From an uncultured virus (IMG/VR IMGVR_UViG_3300021964_000043) (taxonomy: Duplodnaviria > Heunggongvirae > Uroviricota > Caudoviricetes), in IMG/VR virus record IMGVR_UViG_3300021964_000043: a DNA stretch of 64,000 bases. The stretch is one strand, 5' to 3'. The notes beneath the pieces are model-generated. The model was not told the origin of the DNA. It did not search any database and was given only the letters and a program-made list of their open reading frames with translations. Position numbers and translations under genes: made by a program. Position 1 is the first letter of the stretch, and every line of letters begins with the position of its first letter. Positions 46,664 to 55,666 of the stretch are shown one piece after another.

Positions 46664-46863
46664 TAGCTAAAGTATTTCTTAATCATTTCTAATTGATCTT
46701 CGTATTTAGCCATTTCCATGAGTTCACCTTCCATGGCTTCAATAATATCTGGATGTTCACCAATACCAGTAGTTGAATTAAGATACACTTCAACATTTGC
46801 TCTGTGTTTTGCAATATGTCCTTCGGCGTGTGATCTTAATGCTTCAAGTAATATTTCTCTCAT
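46663..46863 (-). CDS. Hypothetical protein
   Basis: 66-aa ORF with GGAG SD and an upstream late promoter. Confidence 0.65.
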   Translation of the reverse strand: MREILLEALRSHAEGHIAKHRANVEVYLNSTTGIGEHPDIIEAMEGELMEMAKYEDQLEMIKKYFS

Positions 46864-46885
46864 AATTTACTCCATTCGTTTAATC

Positions 46886-46893
46886 TATTTATA
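46886..46893 (-). promoter_or_regulatory. T4-type late promoter TATAAATA
   Basis: Exact intergenic match. Confidence 0.7.
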
Positions 46894-46897
46894 CAAG

Positions 46898-47956
46898 TTA
46901 GCTGTTCTGATTATAGGCATACCATCCTTTAGCACCAGCTTCGGTAGCTTTTAGGTCTGCCTCGATTTCTCTAAATTTAGCAATATCTTCAGCTGGAATT
47001 TTTTGATTACCATCTGCATCTTTTTTACCACCTTGCAAATATCCTTCTGGATGATTTGCCTCTTCTTCATAAGTTTTAGCTGGCATTTCTCCAGACAAAT
47101 AAAGATTATAAGCAAAAACTTGACGTGTTAATATGTAATCTCTTGCTTTTAGAAATTCTCTTTCTGCGATTAGTGAATCACGAAGTTCTACCCATTTTAC
47201 TTCACCATCAGTAAGAGCGCCTTCGTCTTTTAGTTGATGATATTTTTTACCAGATTCTCTTGCTTTAGTTGCTATTGTTCCAAAATTGTCATCTTTTTTT
47301 GCTTCTTTAATCTTAAGTGCTAAAGCCTTATATTTAGGTTTGAAATAAGCTTCAATGTCTTCCCCAGCTTTTTTTCTAGCAGCTGTATTAGCTTTCATCT
47401 CATCAGTAATTTTACTTTCATACGTTCTTGTAATTACGGGCTCATACGTAGCAGAAGGCGTTTCAGTAAAAGTTGTTGGAGCAGCGTTTGGAATAGCGGC
47501 GGCCTGAGCTTTAGTACTTACCTTTCCAGTTGCAGGATCTATTTGTTTATTTGGAAATGCTTTACAAGCATCAAAAGTCAAAAGAGATGTTGGATCACTT
47601 AAAAGAGCAGTAATTGTGTCTATATAGCCTTGGATTTCTGCTTCTGGAAGAGCTTCGCCCCATTTTTCTCTAAAGGCAGCAAAAGCAGAGGCAGCATCAT
47701 TTTGAGCGGCCGCCAAAGCAGCAGCCAAATCAGCTTGAAGTGAGTCAAGGCCAGGTATTTCAGCTTTTAAAGAGGTAAGTTTACTTAAAGCTTCGGTTGC
47801 CTTTGCCTCAAGATCAGCAAGAGCTGACAAACCTTCATTTAGCTTATCTTTGATTTCATTTATTTTACCGGTAAGATCACCAAGCGCAGCATTATCTCCA
47901 CAAGGAAGAGCTGAACTAGCAGCTTTAGCGGGATCGACGGGAAAAGTATCAGCCAT
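46898..47956 (-). CDS. Hypothetical helical protein in the baseplate cluster
   Basis: 352-aa Ala/Lys-rich ORF with SD. Confidence 0.7.
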   Translation of the reverse strand: MADTFPVDPAKAASSALPCGDNAALGDLTGKINEIKDKLNEGLSALADLEAKATEALSKLTSLKAEIPGLDSLQADLAAALAAAQNDAASAFAAFREKWGEALPEAEIQGYIDTITALLSDPTSLLTFDACKAFPNKQIDPATGKVSTKAQAAAIPNAAPTTFTETPSATYEPVITRTYESKITDEMKANTAARKKAGEDIEAYFKPKYKALALKIKEAKKDDNFGTIATKARESGKKYHQLKDEGALTDGEVKWVELRDSLIAEREFLKARDYILTRQVFAYNLYLSGEMPAKTYEEEANHPEGYLQGGKKDADGNQKIPAEDIAKFREIEADLKATEAGAKGWYAYNQNS

Positions 47957-47963
47957 ATTATCC

Positions 47964-48263
47964 TCAGTTTATAATTACAGTTCCAGAACCAGAAGTCATA
48001 GCACCGGCATCTGCTGAATCACCAATACGTCCAACTGCAATTCCATTGATAAACACATTTGGAGAGCCAGCATTTAGGTTAGCAACGTGTGGCGCGCATG
48101 GAGGAAGCGGTGGAAATGGATGAGCTACTGTAGGTGCTCCTACAACAGCCGCCAAAATTCCATTAGCCGATACTGTACTTTGAGCGGCTCCACCAAGTGT
48201 GGTAGTTGCAGCACAAATATGCCCAGTCGACAAACTATCTCCTATTCTTACTACTCCTGGCAT
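47964..48263 (-). CDS. PAAR-repeat spike tip protein (gp5.4-like)
   Basis: VRIGD...GH...GSPNVFINGIAVGRIGD...GS.TV. Confidence 0.88.
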   Translation of the reverse strand: MPGVVRIGDSLSTGHICAATTTLGGAAQSTVSANGILAAVVGAPTVAHPFPPLPPCAPHVANLNAGSPNVFINGIAVGRIGDSADAGAMTSGSGTVIIN

Positions 48264-48451
48264 TATGTTCCTCTACTTCCTACTGGTTTACAAACATATT
48301 CTACAGTATCCCAATGACCGTCAGCTGGCACACTTATATATGCTGGTAACGTATCTCGGCACTGTTCTTCTTTTTCAAACCATTGAACGTCTTGTTCTAT
48401 ACAAGTACTTCCTAAACAGACAGTCAATAGTATATGCCATATAGTTTCCAT
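48263..48451 (-). CDS. Hypothetical small protein
   Basis: 62-aa ORF with 4 Cys and GGAG SD. Confidence 0.6.
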   Translation of the reverse strand: METIWHILLTVCLGSTCIEQDVQWFEKEEQCRDTLPAYISVPADGHWDTVEYVCKPVGSRGT

Positions 48452-48459
48452 AGTTACTC

Positions 48460-49764
48460 CTATGGGTTCAAGTTAATATTAGGACCACCAGTAATAGTAA
48501 TATCACCACCAGCAGTTGTATTTTGTGTTGAACCATAAGTTTCAGTTACGGCTCCAGTCACATTGTCGTTAAATGTACCAGTAATATTATTTGTTACGTT
48601 ACCAGTTACTGTCTTATTATAATTTGCTGGTGTTTCAACTTTAATATCACCTTTTGAAGTAATTGTTAAAGCACCAACTGTTGTTGTTGAATAATCTTTC
48701 AATGCAAATACCGACAATTTATCCATTGTGGTTACTGTTAATTCGCCAGTAACTGTAAGGACATCGCTTAAAGCAAGTGTAGTATTTCTTGCACCATCGA
48801 TAACTCTTGCTTCGTTAGTTCCAATTCTTTGTGTATAACTTTCAGTTACGTTTGAAGCAAAGTCTTGGCCAATTTCTATGTGTTCTGAATTACCAATTTT
48901 ACTTTGTCTTGAACCACCAATTACTTCTGTTTTATTACCTTTTACTTCTAGATGATAATTGCCTTTGACAAGATGTCTCATATCACCATCAACTGTAATA
49001 TTAGCTTGGCCCATAATATAGATATTGTCTCCACCATAAATGGCTGTGTAATTATTACCATTTATTGTAAGTGTCTTATCGCCATTTGCTTGAAACTCTT
49101 CATTTGTTCCAGACATATGATATGTGCTAATTCTTTCGTTACCGACAGTATCATCAACTTCTAAAACGTGACCACTTTCGGTTTCAATAACTTTATTAAG
49201 TGGATATGTTGGAAGTTTGTCACCAAAAGGTGTTGGCATATCCCATGTTGTACGTTCGTAATATGAATCAGCCTCATCTTGAGCAACAGAAGTAACTTTT
49301 TCTGGAACAGCAGTTTCAATTTTTTCTTTTCTTAAATTAACCTTATCAATATTAGGCGCATGGTCTGCATATTCATCTGGAAGAGCAGAATAAGGAGTAT
49401 CTGGACCGTCTTCTCTTCTTGGATTTACACCGGATGGATCTGCAAATCCTGCTTCTGGACGGCCGGTTTGGCCAGCTTCACCGGGCACAGTTCCCATTAT
49501 TAACGGTTGTTGTTTTGATGGACCATCTAAATAAAATCCAACAACCCATGAACCTTCAACAATTCCAGTAGCAGATTGACCAATACCAGCACAAGAAGCT
49601 GATGTGACTGGCATAATTACTTGAGCCCAAGGAAGAGATTCTGTAGGAATTTTAGTTTTGTCTGCAATATGGTCGCCGAAAATACGAACACGCACACGAC
49701 CCATACTTTTTGGATCAGCACGATCTTCAACAATACCCATAAAATAGTTCATATTATTCGACAC
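48460..49764 (-). CDS. gp5: Baseplate hub/cell-puncturing protein gp5 (no lysozyme domain evident)
   Basis: GIVEDRADP..MGRVRVR...LPWA OB-fold; YP.N.V.ETESGH..EVDDT; C-terminal beta-helix repeats. Confidence 0.9.
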   Translation of the reverse strand: MSNNMNYFMGIVEDRADPKSMGRVRVRIFGDHIADKTKIPTESLPWAQVIMPVTSASCAGIGQSATGIVEGSWVVGFYLDGPSKQQPLIMGTVPGEAGQTGRPEAGFADPSGVNPRREDGPDTPYSALPDEYADHAPNIDKVNLRKEKIETAVPEKVTSVAQDEADSYYERTTWDMPTPFGDKLPTYPLNKVIETESGHVLEVDDTVGNERISTYHMSGTNEEFQANGDKTLTINGNNYTAIYGGDNIYIMGQANITVDGDMRHLVKGNYHLEVKGNKTEVIGGSRQSKIGNSEHIEIGQDFASNVTESYTQRIGTNEARVIDGARNTTLALSDVLTVTGELTVTTMDKLSVFALKDYSTTTVGALTITSKGDIKVETPANYNKTVTGNVTNNITGTFNDNVTGAVTETYGSTQNTTAGGDITITGGPNINLNP

Positions 49765-51046
49765 CGTATTCTTCTCCTATTCCATCAGTGCATATTTCTA
49801 AAGTTAGTGTGTATTTGTCTGACTTGAAATTATGGTTACAAGCTGTGACTAAATATCTTCCACTCTTTTTATTATCTATTAGTGATTCAGGACTTGATTT
49901 ATCTTGCAATTTATGAGTTGGAAAGTTTAGCCAAATAACAGAACCACATTCAATATCCCATCTTCCAGCAATAGACATTTCATACATATACGTACTCAAT
50001 ATGCCTCTATAATTTCTTCTTGCTGATACTGTACTATTAAAGTCACTATTATAATTTAGAAACTCATCACCAAAAGATGGACCAGTGTGATAAGACATAA
50101 TATTCCTAGTCTTAAAAGTTTTTGTCATAGGAGTTTCATTTTCACCATACTTAAAATTTGTATTGATAGCTAAATTTTTACTAAGTCTAGGTTTTTTATT
50201 AAATTCGTCTTCACCATCAAATTCTAAAATTGAAGAGGTTTTATTAACTGAATCAATATTCACAAATGTGGCGCCATGAGTGCCATACATCATTTGATTG
50301 TATGCATTACTGTGTTGTTTCATATGAAACGTCTGTGGCTTCTGAAATATATTTCTTATTTCGTATGCTGTACCCTGCTCACTACCTTTTTCAGTAGGAT
50401 TCATGTTTATAAAAAATTCTTCCATAGAATTTCTTTGAAACATGGTATCAAAAGACTCTAGACTTGTGCCATTGTTGAGAGTGTTAACAACTCTTATAGG
50501 TACACCATTAGAGTCTATTGCTCTTTTTTCTAGCCATGAGATTGCATCCATTGGATTCATATTTGGAACTACGCATCGATAATTACCAGAGCACTCATCT
50601 TTATATCTTAATTCTACACCCAAATAATCTTCATAAATTTTTTCAATTATTTTATCAATTGTTCCTTCAAAGGCTTGAGACACTAACATTCCTGCGTTAA
50701 TAAAAGCAGTTCTTGAAACAATTGTAAAAGTATAAGTGGCAACAAGACCTGGAGGCTCATAATCTAAACTATCTAATTTTGTAATAAAAAACTGAAAAGT
50801 TTTTGTAATATCTAATCCATATTTTACAGTAAAAGAAAATAGCTCTTGGCCGGTTAGACTAAAACGACCCAAAACATTTTCAGCATCTACTAATTGAACT
50901 CTACCGTATAAAGCAATTTGACCAATTGCTTCAAAAATACTGATATCAAACACCATATCAGTAACATCAAGAGCTTCACCACTTCCACCAACAATAATGA
51001 CATCAGAAAGCTCAATGTCACCAGGCATTCTAAATTGATCAGGCAC
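49754..51046 (-). CDS. Baseplate hub protein (gp27-like)
   Basis: Position between gp53 and gp5; C-terminal SGRYLVTACNH. Confidence 0.65.
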   Translation of the reverse strand: MPDQFRMPGDIELSDVIIVGGSGEALDVTDMVFDISIFEAIGQIALYGRVQLVDAENVLGRFSLTGQELFSFTVKYGLDITKTFQFFITKLDSLDYEPPGLVATYTFTIVSRTAFINAGMLVSQAFEGTIDKIIEKIYEDYLGVELRYKDECSGNYRCVVPNMNPMDAISWLEKRAIDSNGVPIRVVNTLNNGTSLESFDTMFQRNSMEEFFINMNPTEKGSEQGTAYEIRNIFQKPQTFHMKQHSNAYNQMMYGTHGATFVNIDSVNKTSSILEFDGEDEFNKKPRLSKNLAINTNFKYGENETPMTKTFKTRNIMSYHTGPSFGDEFLNYNSDFNSTVSARRNYRGILSTYMYEMSIAGRWDIECGSVIWLNFPTHKLQDKSSPESLIDNKKSGRYLVTACNHNFKSDKYTLTLEICTDGIGEEYGVE

Positions 51047-51749
51047 TCACAACTCTCCTAAACTGATCAGCTACTTTAGTAATAATTTCTGGTCTAATTA
51101 CTTTAATTTTTTTATTTGCGTCATTTTTTTCTTTTTCATTCTGAATAATAGTAACTTCTGAAGCACCACTTGTTCCACGTGGAACTGTAAGTCCGTCTTT
51201 TTCATAGTGATGAGCAGCATTTAATTCAGTTATAGCTGATCCAATAACAGCAATATCACCAGATGTTTGCCCTTGAATTGTTTCACCATTTGTAAAAGTC
51301 CCAGTAACATCTAAAACTCTTAAATATCCTAAATCACTACTTTTTGAAACGTATCTTGCTGTTGCGCCGGAAATCAATCCACGAACTGTTTCTCCAACTG
51401 TGAATTTATTAAAAAAGTCAAAAGTGTTAATTGTAAGAACAATATGAGGATATACGTGTTTCATTCTATCTTCTAAATCGTTAGAAGGAACAGGCCAGTC
51501 AGTGTTTAAACTTTTTAGGTTTGGATTACAAAGAAAAAAAGTCCAATAATAATCTGGTGTTGAATATAGTTTTTGAGATACGTGATCGGGTCTTTCACCC
51601 TCTTGAATATCATAAAATCTATAAAACGTAATATCGTCTTTATATTCAGTTATAATTTTTGCAAAACGAAATGTGTCAACAATAGTTCTTGTTTGCCCAT
51701 TGCCATCTAGATCGTATTCTATTTTTGGAAAGTACTTAAAATATTTCAT
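51039..51749 (-). CDS. gp53: Baseplate wedge subunit gp53
   Basis: YFKYFPKIEYD...GERPDHVSQKLY....YYW...HHYE. Confidence 0.88.
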   Translation of the reverse strand: MKYFKYFPKIEYDLDGNGQTRTIVDTFRFAKIITEYKDDITFYRFYDIQEGERPDHVSQKLYSTPDYYWTFFLCNPNLKSLNTDWPVPSNDLEDRMKHVYPHIVLTINTFDFFNKFTVGETVRGLISGATARYVSKSSDLGYLRVLDVTGTFTNGETIQGQTSGDIAVIGSAITELNAAHHYEKDGLTVPRGTSGASEVTIIQNEKEKNDANKKIKVIRPEIITKVADQFRRVVSA

Positions 51750-52672
51750 TAGAATCCTCCATTCAGAATACTTTCTCTAGTCTGAATCTCTGTCTCTTGG
51801 AATGTAACTGTAAGATCAATCTCTACTGGTTCACCACCATTATCACTAAAAAAGGCTGGACCAGATGCGCCATAACTAGTATTTACTGAGGTACAATAAG
51901 CTTTTGCAAATTTAATCATTTGAGAATCATTACCTCTTCTGGTAACAAAATCAACTTGAAACACATTTGGAAAAGTAAAAGCTGCTGATTGACCAGTAGA
52001 ACCAATTGAAGGATATGCATTTGCTCTTATAGTTTTAATCAATTCATAAATTGTATTTGATTCTTGTCTATTAGTTGGCATCAATTTCCAAGTAAGAGAT
52101 AATTGTCTAAGAGCTGGAGACTTAAATAGCATTTCTGTTCTTGGGTTTCTAGCAACACCAGATCTTAATCTTACCTGTTGGCCAGCACCAGTTCTTTGGG
52201 CCAGTTCGCCAGCGCTGGCAGCAATAAACCCAGCTCCCATATTTTTCAATCCTTCCCCATATCCACCACCTTGCTGATTAGCCTGAGCGGCCGCTTCTGC
52301 TGCTCCAAAAAGTGCGCCAGCAAATAAACCTAGATCTTGATTATCGTATTGCAATCCATCTGAATATTGAATTGATGATGGTGCATACAAATATATTTGA
52401 GCTATACTATCTTCAATACTACCAGCAATTTCTCTATTAGCTATTTTTTCACCGAGTTCAGTAAGAGTACCATCTTCATTTTGAATTAGTTTTTTGTAAC
52501 TCATTGCTGTGTCTGGATTAGCCCCAGATTGAACTACAGCTCCTAACACATTATATCTTTCTAATATAGATATACGTGTAATTACCGGATGTTTTTGTTT
52601 CAAATCACCCGGATAAATAAATTTTTGCGCTGCTGGTTTAGAATCTTTTTTTCCAATTCCTGGTTCTGGCAT
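51749..52672 (-). CDS. gp48: Baseplate tail-tube cap gp48
   Basis: NPRTEMLFKSP.LR...P....ES..I...FP..F...CTSV...Y...LTVTFQE. Confidence 0.8.
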   Translation of the reverse strand: MPEPGIGKKDSKPAAQKFIYPGDLKQKHPVITRISILERYNVLGAVVQSGANPDTAMSYKKLIQNEDGTLTELGEKIANREIAGSIEDSIAQIYLYAPSSIQYSDGLQYDNQDLGLFAGALFGAAEAAAQANQQGGGYGEGLKNMGAGFIAASAGELAQRTGAGQQVRLRSGVARNPRTEMLFKSPALRQLSLTWKLMPTNRQESNTIYELIKTIRANAYPSIGSTGQSAAFTFPNVFQVDFVTRRGNDSQMIKFAKAYCTSVNTSYGASGPAFFSDNGGEPVEIDLTVTFQETEIQTRESILNGGF

Positions 52673-52706
52673 AGTGCTACACTCAACTGTTAAAATTATC
52701 TGCTGT

Positions 52707-52714
52707 TATTTATA
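52707..52714 (-). promoter_or_regulatory. T4-type late promoter TATAAATA
   Basis: Exact match upstream of gp48. Confidence 0.72.
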
Positions 52715-53160
52715 TGACTTACAAAGGCCGTTACAAGGTAAAGAACATCGCAAAATACAAAGGTAACCATAAAGAAGTGGTCTATAGATCGTCATGGGAG
52801 CGTGCAGTTTTTCGATTCCTTGATAATAATGATGGCGTAAAAGAGTGGAGCTCAGAAGAATATGTTATACCATATCGTTGTGCTACCGATAAACGCATTC
52901 ATCGTTATTTCGTAGATATTTATTTCAAAGACTCAGCAGGGCAGCAATGGTTAGTAGAAATCAAACCTAAGAAACAGACTGTCCCTCCAGCTACACCAAA
53001 ACGAAAAACTAAAAGGTATCTCAATGAGGTGATGACTTATATTAAAAACGAGTCTAAATGGAAAGCAGCAAATGCTTGGTGCGAAAATAGAGGATATAAA
53101 TTTGCAATATGGCATGAAGATACTTTGAAGCAACTTGGCATTAAAATCCTCAAAGGATAG
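52714..53160 (+). CDS. gp4: Head completion nuclease gp4 (TnsA-like)
   Basis: YRSSWE...WSSEE..IPY...HRYFVD...VEIKP.KQT...KW.AA. Confidence 0.9.
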   Translation: MTYKGRYKVKNIAKYKGNHKEVVYRSSWERAVFRFLDNNDGVKEWSSEEYVIPYRCATDKRIHRYFVDIYFKDSAGQQWLVEIKPKKQTVPPATPKRKTKRYLNEVMTYIKNESKWKAANAWCENRGYKFAIWHEDTLKQLGIKILKG

Positions 53161-53162
53161 AG

Positions 53163-53170
53163 TATAAATA
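53163..53170 (+). promoter_or_regulatory. T4-type late promoter TATAAATA
   Basis: Exact match just upstream of gp2. Confidence 0.72.
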
Positions 53171-53175
53171 ACAGT

Positions 53176-53763
53176 ATGGCTGAAAGTTTTTTTGACAAAT
53201 TACAAATACAAGCTTACAGAGCTGGACTCCAGCCACGGACAAAAGAGTCTCAAGACTGGTTCCGTGATAAGCTTAAAAATATGAGGAACATCAATAGGCA
53301 AAGACTATTGAAAGATCCTACGGTTACTCGTACTCAAAGACCGCGTATGGGTGACATGTATATGTTTTTCTATGACCCAAAGCATAAAGACACTCTTCCA
53401 TACTATGATACGTTTCCCCTTATCATCATGGTTGAAAGAGCACCAGGCGGATTTTACGGTTTGAATTTGCATTATCTTCCACCTGTTCTTCGTGCAAAGT
53501 TATTTGATGCATTGTCTCTTACTAACGATAAGTATGATGAGTCGACTCGTTTTAAAGCAAGATATAGAATGCTTAAAAGCGTAAGAAAGCTTCGTTATTT
53601 CAAGCCATGTTTTAAGCATTATCTAACAGAACATATTGAATCGAGAATAGCAAAGGTTGAACCTACAGAGTGGGAAGTTGCGATGTTTATGCAAACGCAA
53701 AGATTTAAGAAATCAACAGCCTCGAACATTTATCGTGATTCTAGACAGAAATTGAGGGCATAA
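53176..53763 (+). CDS. gp2: DNA end protector protein gp2
   Basis: MFFYDPKHK.TLPYYD.FPL...GLNLHYL...KPCFKHYL. Confidence 0.92.
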   Translation: MAESFFDKLQIQAYRAGLQPRTKESQDWFRDKLKNMRNINRQRLLKDPTVTRTQRPRMGDMYMFFYDPKHKDTLPYYDTFPLIIMVERAPGGFYGLNLHYLPPVLRAKLFDALSLTNDKYDESTRFKARYRMLKSVRKLRYFKPCFKHYLTEHIESRIAKVEPTEWEVAMFMQTQRFKKSTASNIYRDSRQKLRA

Positions 53764-53764
53764 T

Positions 53765-54403
53765 ATGGTATTACCAGCTAGTATTGATACATTAAGAAGT
53801 ACACTTGGTAAACGACAAGGCGTTGCAAGACCAAATAGATTCTCAATCTATATGCCTTTGCCTTTGATTTCTATCAATCCTGGTTCAATTTTAACTAATA
53901 TTGCATCTGGTGGCGGATTTAATCCTATGTCACTTTTGAACGATCCAAGAGATATATCTCTTTTGTGCGAAAGTTGTACACTACCAGGACGACAAATTGC
54001 AACCACAGAACACATGACAAGATTAAAAGCAATTAAGAAACCGTATGGTTATATCAATGATGATGTAACCTTTTCGTTTTTGCTTACTAACGATTATTAT
54101 ATAAAACAAGTCTTTGATGATTGGACTAATAAAGTTATTGATTTCGACGGAGGCACTGTAAACTATAAAGATGAATGTGTTTCTGACGTAACAATTCAAC
54201 AACTAGGACCAGACAATATTCCAATTTATACCTGTACGTTAAGGAATGCGTTTCCGGTTACTGTTTCTTCTGTTGAATTATCGAATACTTCTGAAAACGC
54301 TATAGCAAGAATAAGTGTTACTATGGCGTATGATGAGTGGGGCGACGGTGCTAGTTTGGCTGGAACCATACTTGGTATTGTTGCAAATAAATTATTATCT
54401 TAA
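53765..54403 (+). CDS. Tail-tube-fold protein (gp19/gp54-like tube initiator)
   Basis: ARPNRF...CESCTLPGR...F...FDDW...LRNAFP..V. Confidence 0.75.
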   Translation: MVLPASIDTLRSTLGKRQGVARPNRFSIYMPLPLISINPGSILTNIASGGGFNPMSLLNDPRDISLLCESCTLPGRQIATTEHMTRLKAIKKPYGYINDDVTFSFLLTNDYYIKQVFDDWTNKVIDFDGGTVNYKDECVSDVTIQQLGPDNIPIYTCTLRNAFPVTVSSVELSNTSENAIARISVTMAYDEWGDGASLAGTILGIVANKLLS

Positions 54404-54413
54404 TGAGGAGTGA

Positions 54414-55136
54414 ATGATGGCGCTGCCACAACTTAATACTGTAAAATACGATATGGTGATTCCTTCAACGGGTCAACAAATTAAATATCGACCTTTTGTT
54501 GTAAAAGAAGAAAAGGTACTATTAACAAGTTTAGAGTCTGGTGATTCTAAACAAATTACAAACGCAATGAGAGATCTTGTGCAAGTATGTACGTTTGAAT
54601 CAGTAGACGTAAAAAATCTTGCAATGTTTGATCTTGAATATATTTTTCTAAAATTGAGAGCAAAATCAGTTGGTGAATCTGCTGATATTACTCTTCAATG
54701 TACAGCTGAAGATTGTGAGCATATGACACCAGTCAATATCAATCTTGATCAAGTAGAGCTCCAAGGAAATCCACAAGGAAAAACTACTATTGAGCTTACT
54801 GATGAAGTTGGTGTTACTTTGATTTATCCTACAGTCGAAAAAACAGAAAGAATTTTGGCTGGTGCACAACTTAATGGTACTATGGACGTTGCTGTCGGCA
54901 TGATTGCAGCTGCGATTGAATCGATTTATGATAAAGAAAATGTTTATCCAGCAATCGATTCAACACCACAAGAATTAGTAGACTTTATTGATTCATTGAA
55001 TAAACAACAATTTGACAAAATTCAAACATTTTTTGAGAATTTTCCGAAACTAAAACAAGAGGTAGATTTTACTTGTGAAAAATGTAATAAACAAAACCAT
55101 ATTGTCCTGGAGGGCCTAAACGATTTTTTCGTATAG
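54414..55136 (+). CDS. gp26: Baseplate hub assembly chaperone gp26
   Basis: LPQL...PSTG..IKYRPF.VKEEK.LL...FDLEYIFLKLRAKSVGE...C..C...LEGLNDFF. Confidence 0.88.
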   Translation: MMALPQLNTVKYDMVIPSTGQQIKYRPFVVKEEKVLLTSLESGDSKQITNAMRDLVQVCTFESVDVKNLAMFDLEYIFLKLRAKSVGESADITLQCTAEDCEHMTPVNINLDQVELQGNPQGKTTIELTDEVGVTLIYPTVEKTERILAGAQLNGTMDVAVGMIAAAIESIYDKENVYPAIDSTPQELVDFIDSLNKQQFDKIQTFFENFPKLKQEVDFTCEKCNKQNHIVLEGLNDFFV

Positions 55137-55162
55137 CTCTTTCTCATAACACATTGGAATCA

Positions 55163-55327
55163 ATGTTTAGGACCAACTTCGCTATGATGCAACATCATAA
55201 TTATTCTTTGGCTGAGATTGAGAACATGGTCCCGTGGGAAAGAGATATTTACGTGGCTCTGTTAATGCAATATGTTGAAGAACAAAATGATCACTTACAA
55301 AGACAACAAAACGTGCGGAGAAGGTAA
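55163..55327 (+). CDS. gp51: Baseplate hub assembly catalyst gp51-like (not in ORF track; possibly made as a -1 frameshift fusion with gp26)
   Basis: Manual translation MFRTNFAMMQHHNYSLAEIENMVPWERDIYVALL...; frame is open back to 55124. Confidence 0.8.
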   Translation: MFRTNFAMMQHHNYSLAEIENMVPWERDIYVALLMQYVEEQNDHLQRQQNVRRR

Positions 55328-55656
55328 TGGGAGAAGATATTAAAGAAGCAGGTTTCCATCCAGCAGACACTAATGGCGATGGAATGGTAACAAGCGATGA
55401 GCAAAAAATGTATCTTGAGTTCAAACGTAAAGAACTTGAAGATGCAGACGCGAGAAGAGATGCAATGAGATATATGACATGGTTCGCTTTGTTGGGTATA
55501 TTCAACTATCCAGGGGCGATTTTGATTACAGCAATGCTAGGTTATGATACAGCGGCGAATATTATCGGAGATATTGCTCCAACTTACTTCGTTGCCACTT
55601 CAGCAATTGTTGCCGCATACTTTGGTGCTAACGCATACACAGATAAGAAAAAATAA
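55327..55656 (+). CDS. Small membrane protein with EF-hand-like loop (possible holin)
   Basis: DTNGDGMVTSDE loop, two hydrophobic segments, basic C-terminus. Confidence 0.6.
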   Translation: MGEDIKEAGFHPADTNGDGMVTSDEQKMYLEFKRKELEDADARRDAMRYMTWFALLGIFNYPGAILITAMLGYDTAANIIGDIAPTYFVATSAIVAAYFGANAYTDKKK

Positions 55657-55666
55657 GAGATAAAAA

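Noticed and set aside
55182..55505. Minus-strand 107-aa ORF
   Set aside because: Overlaps the better-supported plus-strand gp51-like and membrane-protein genes.
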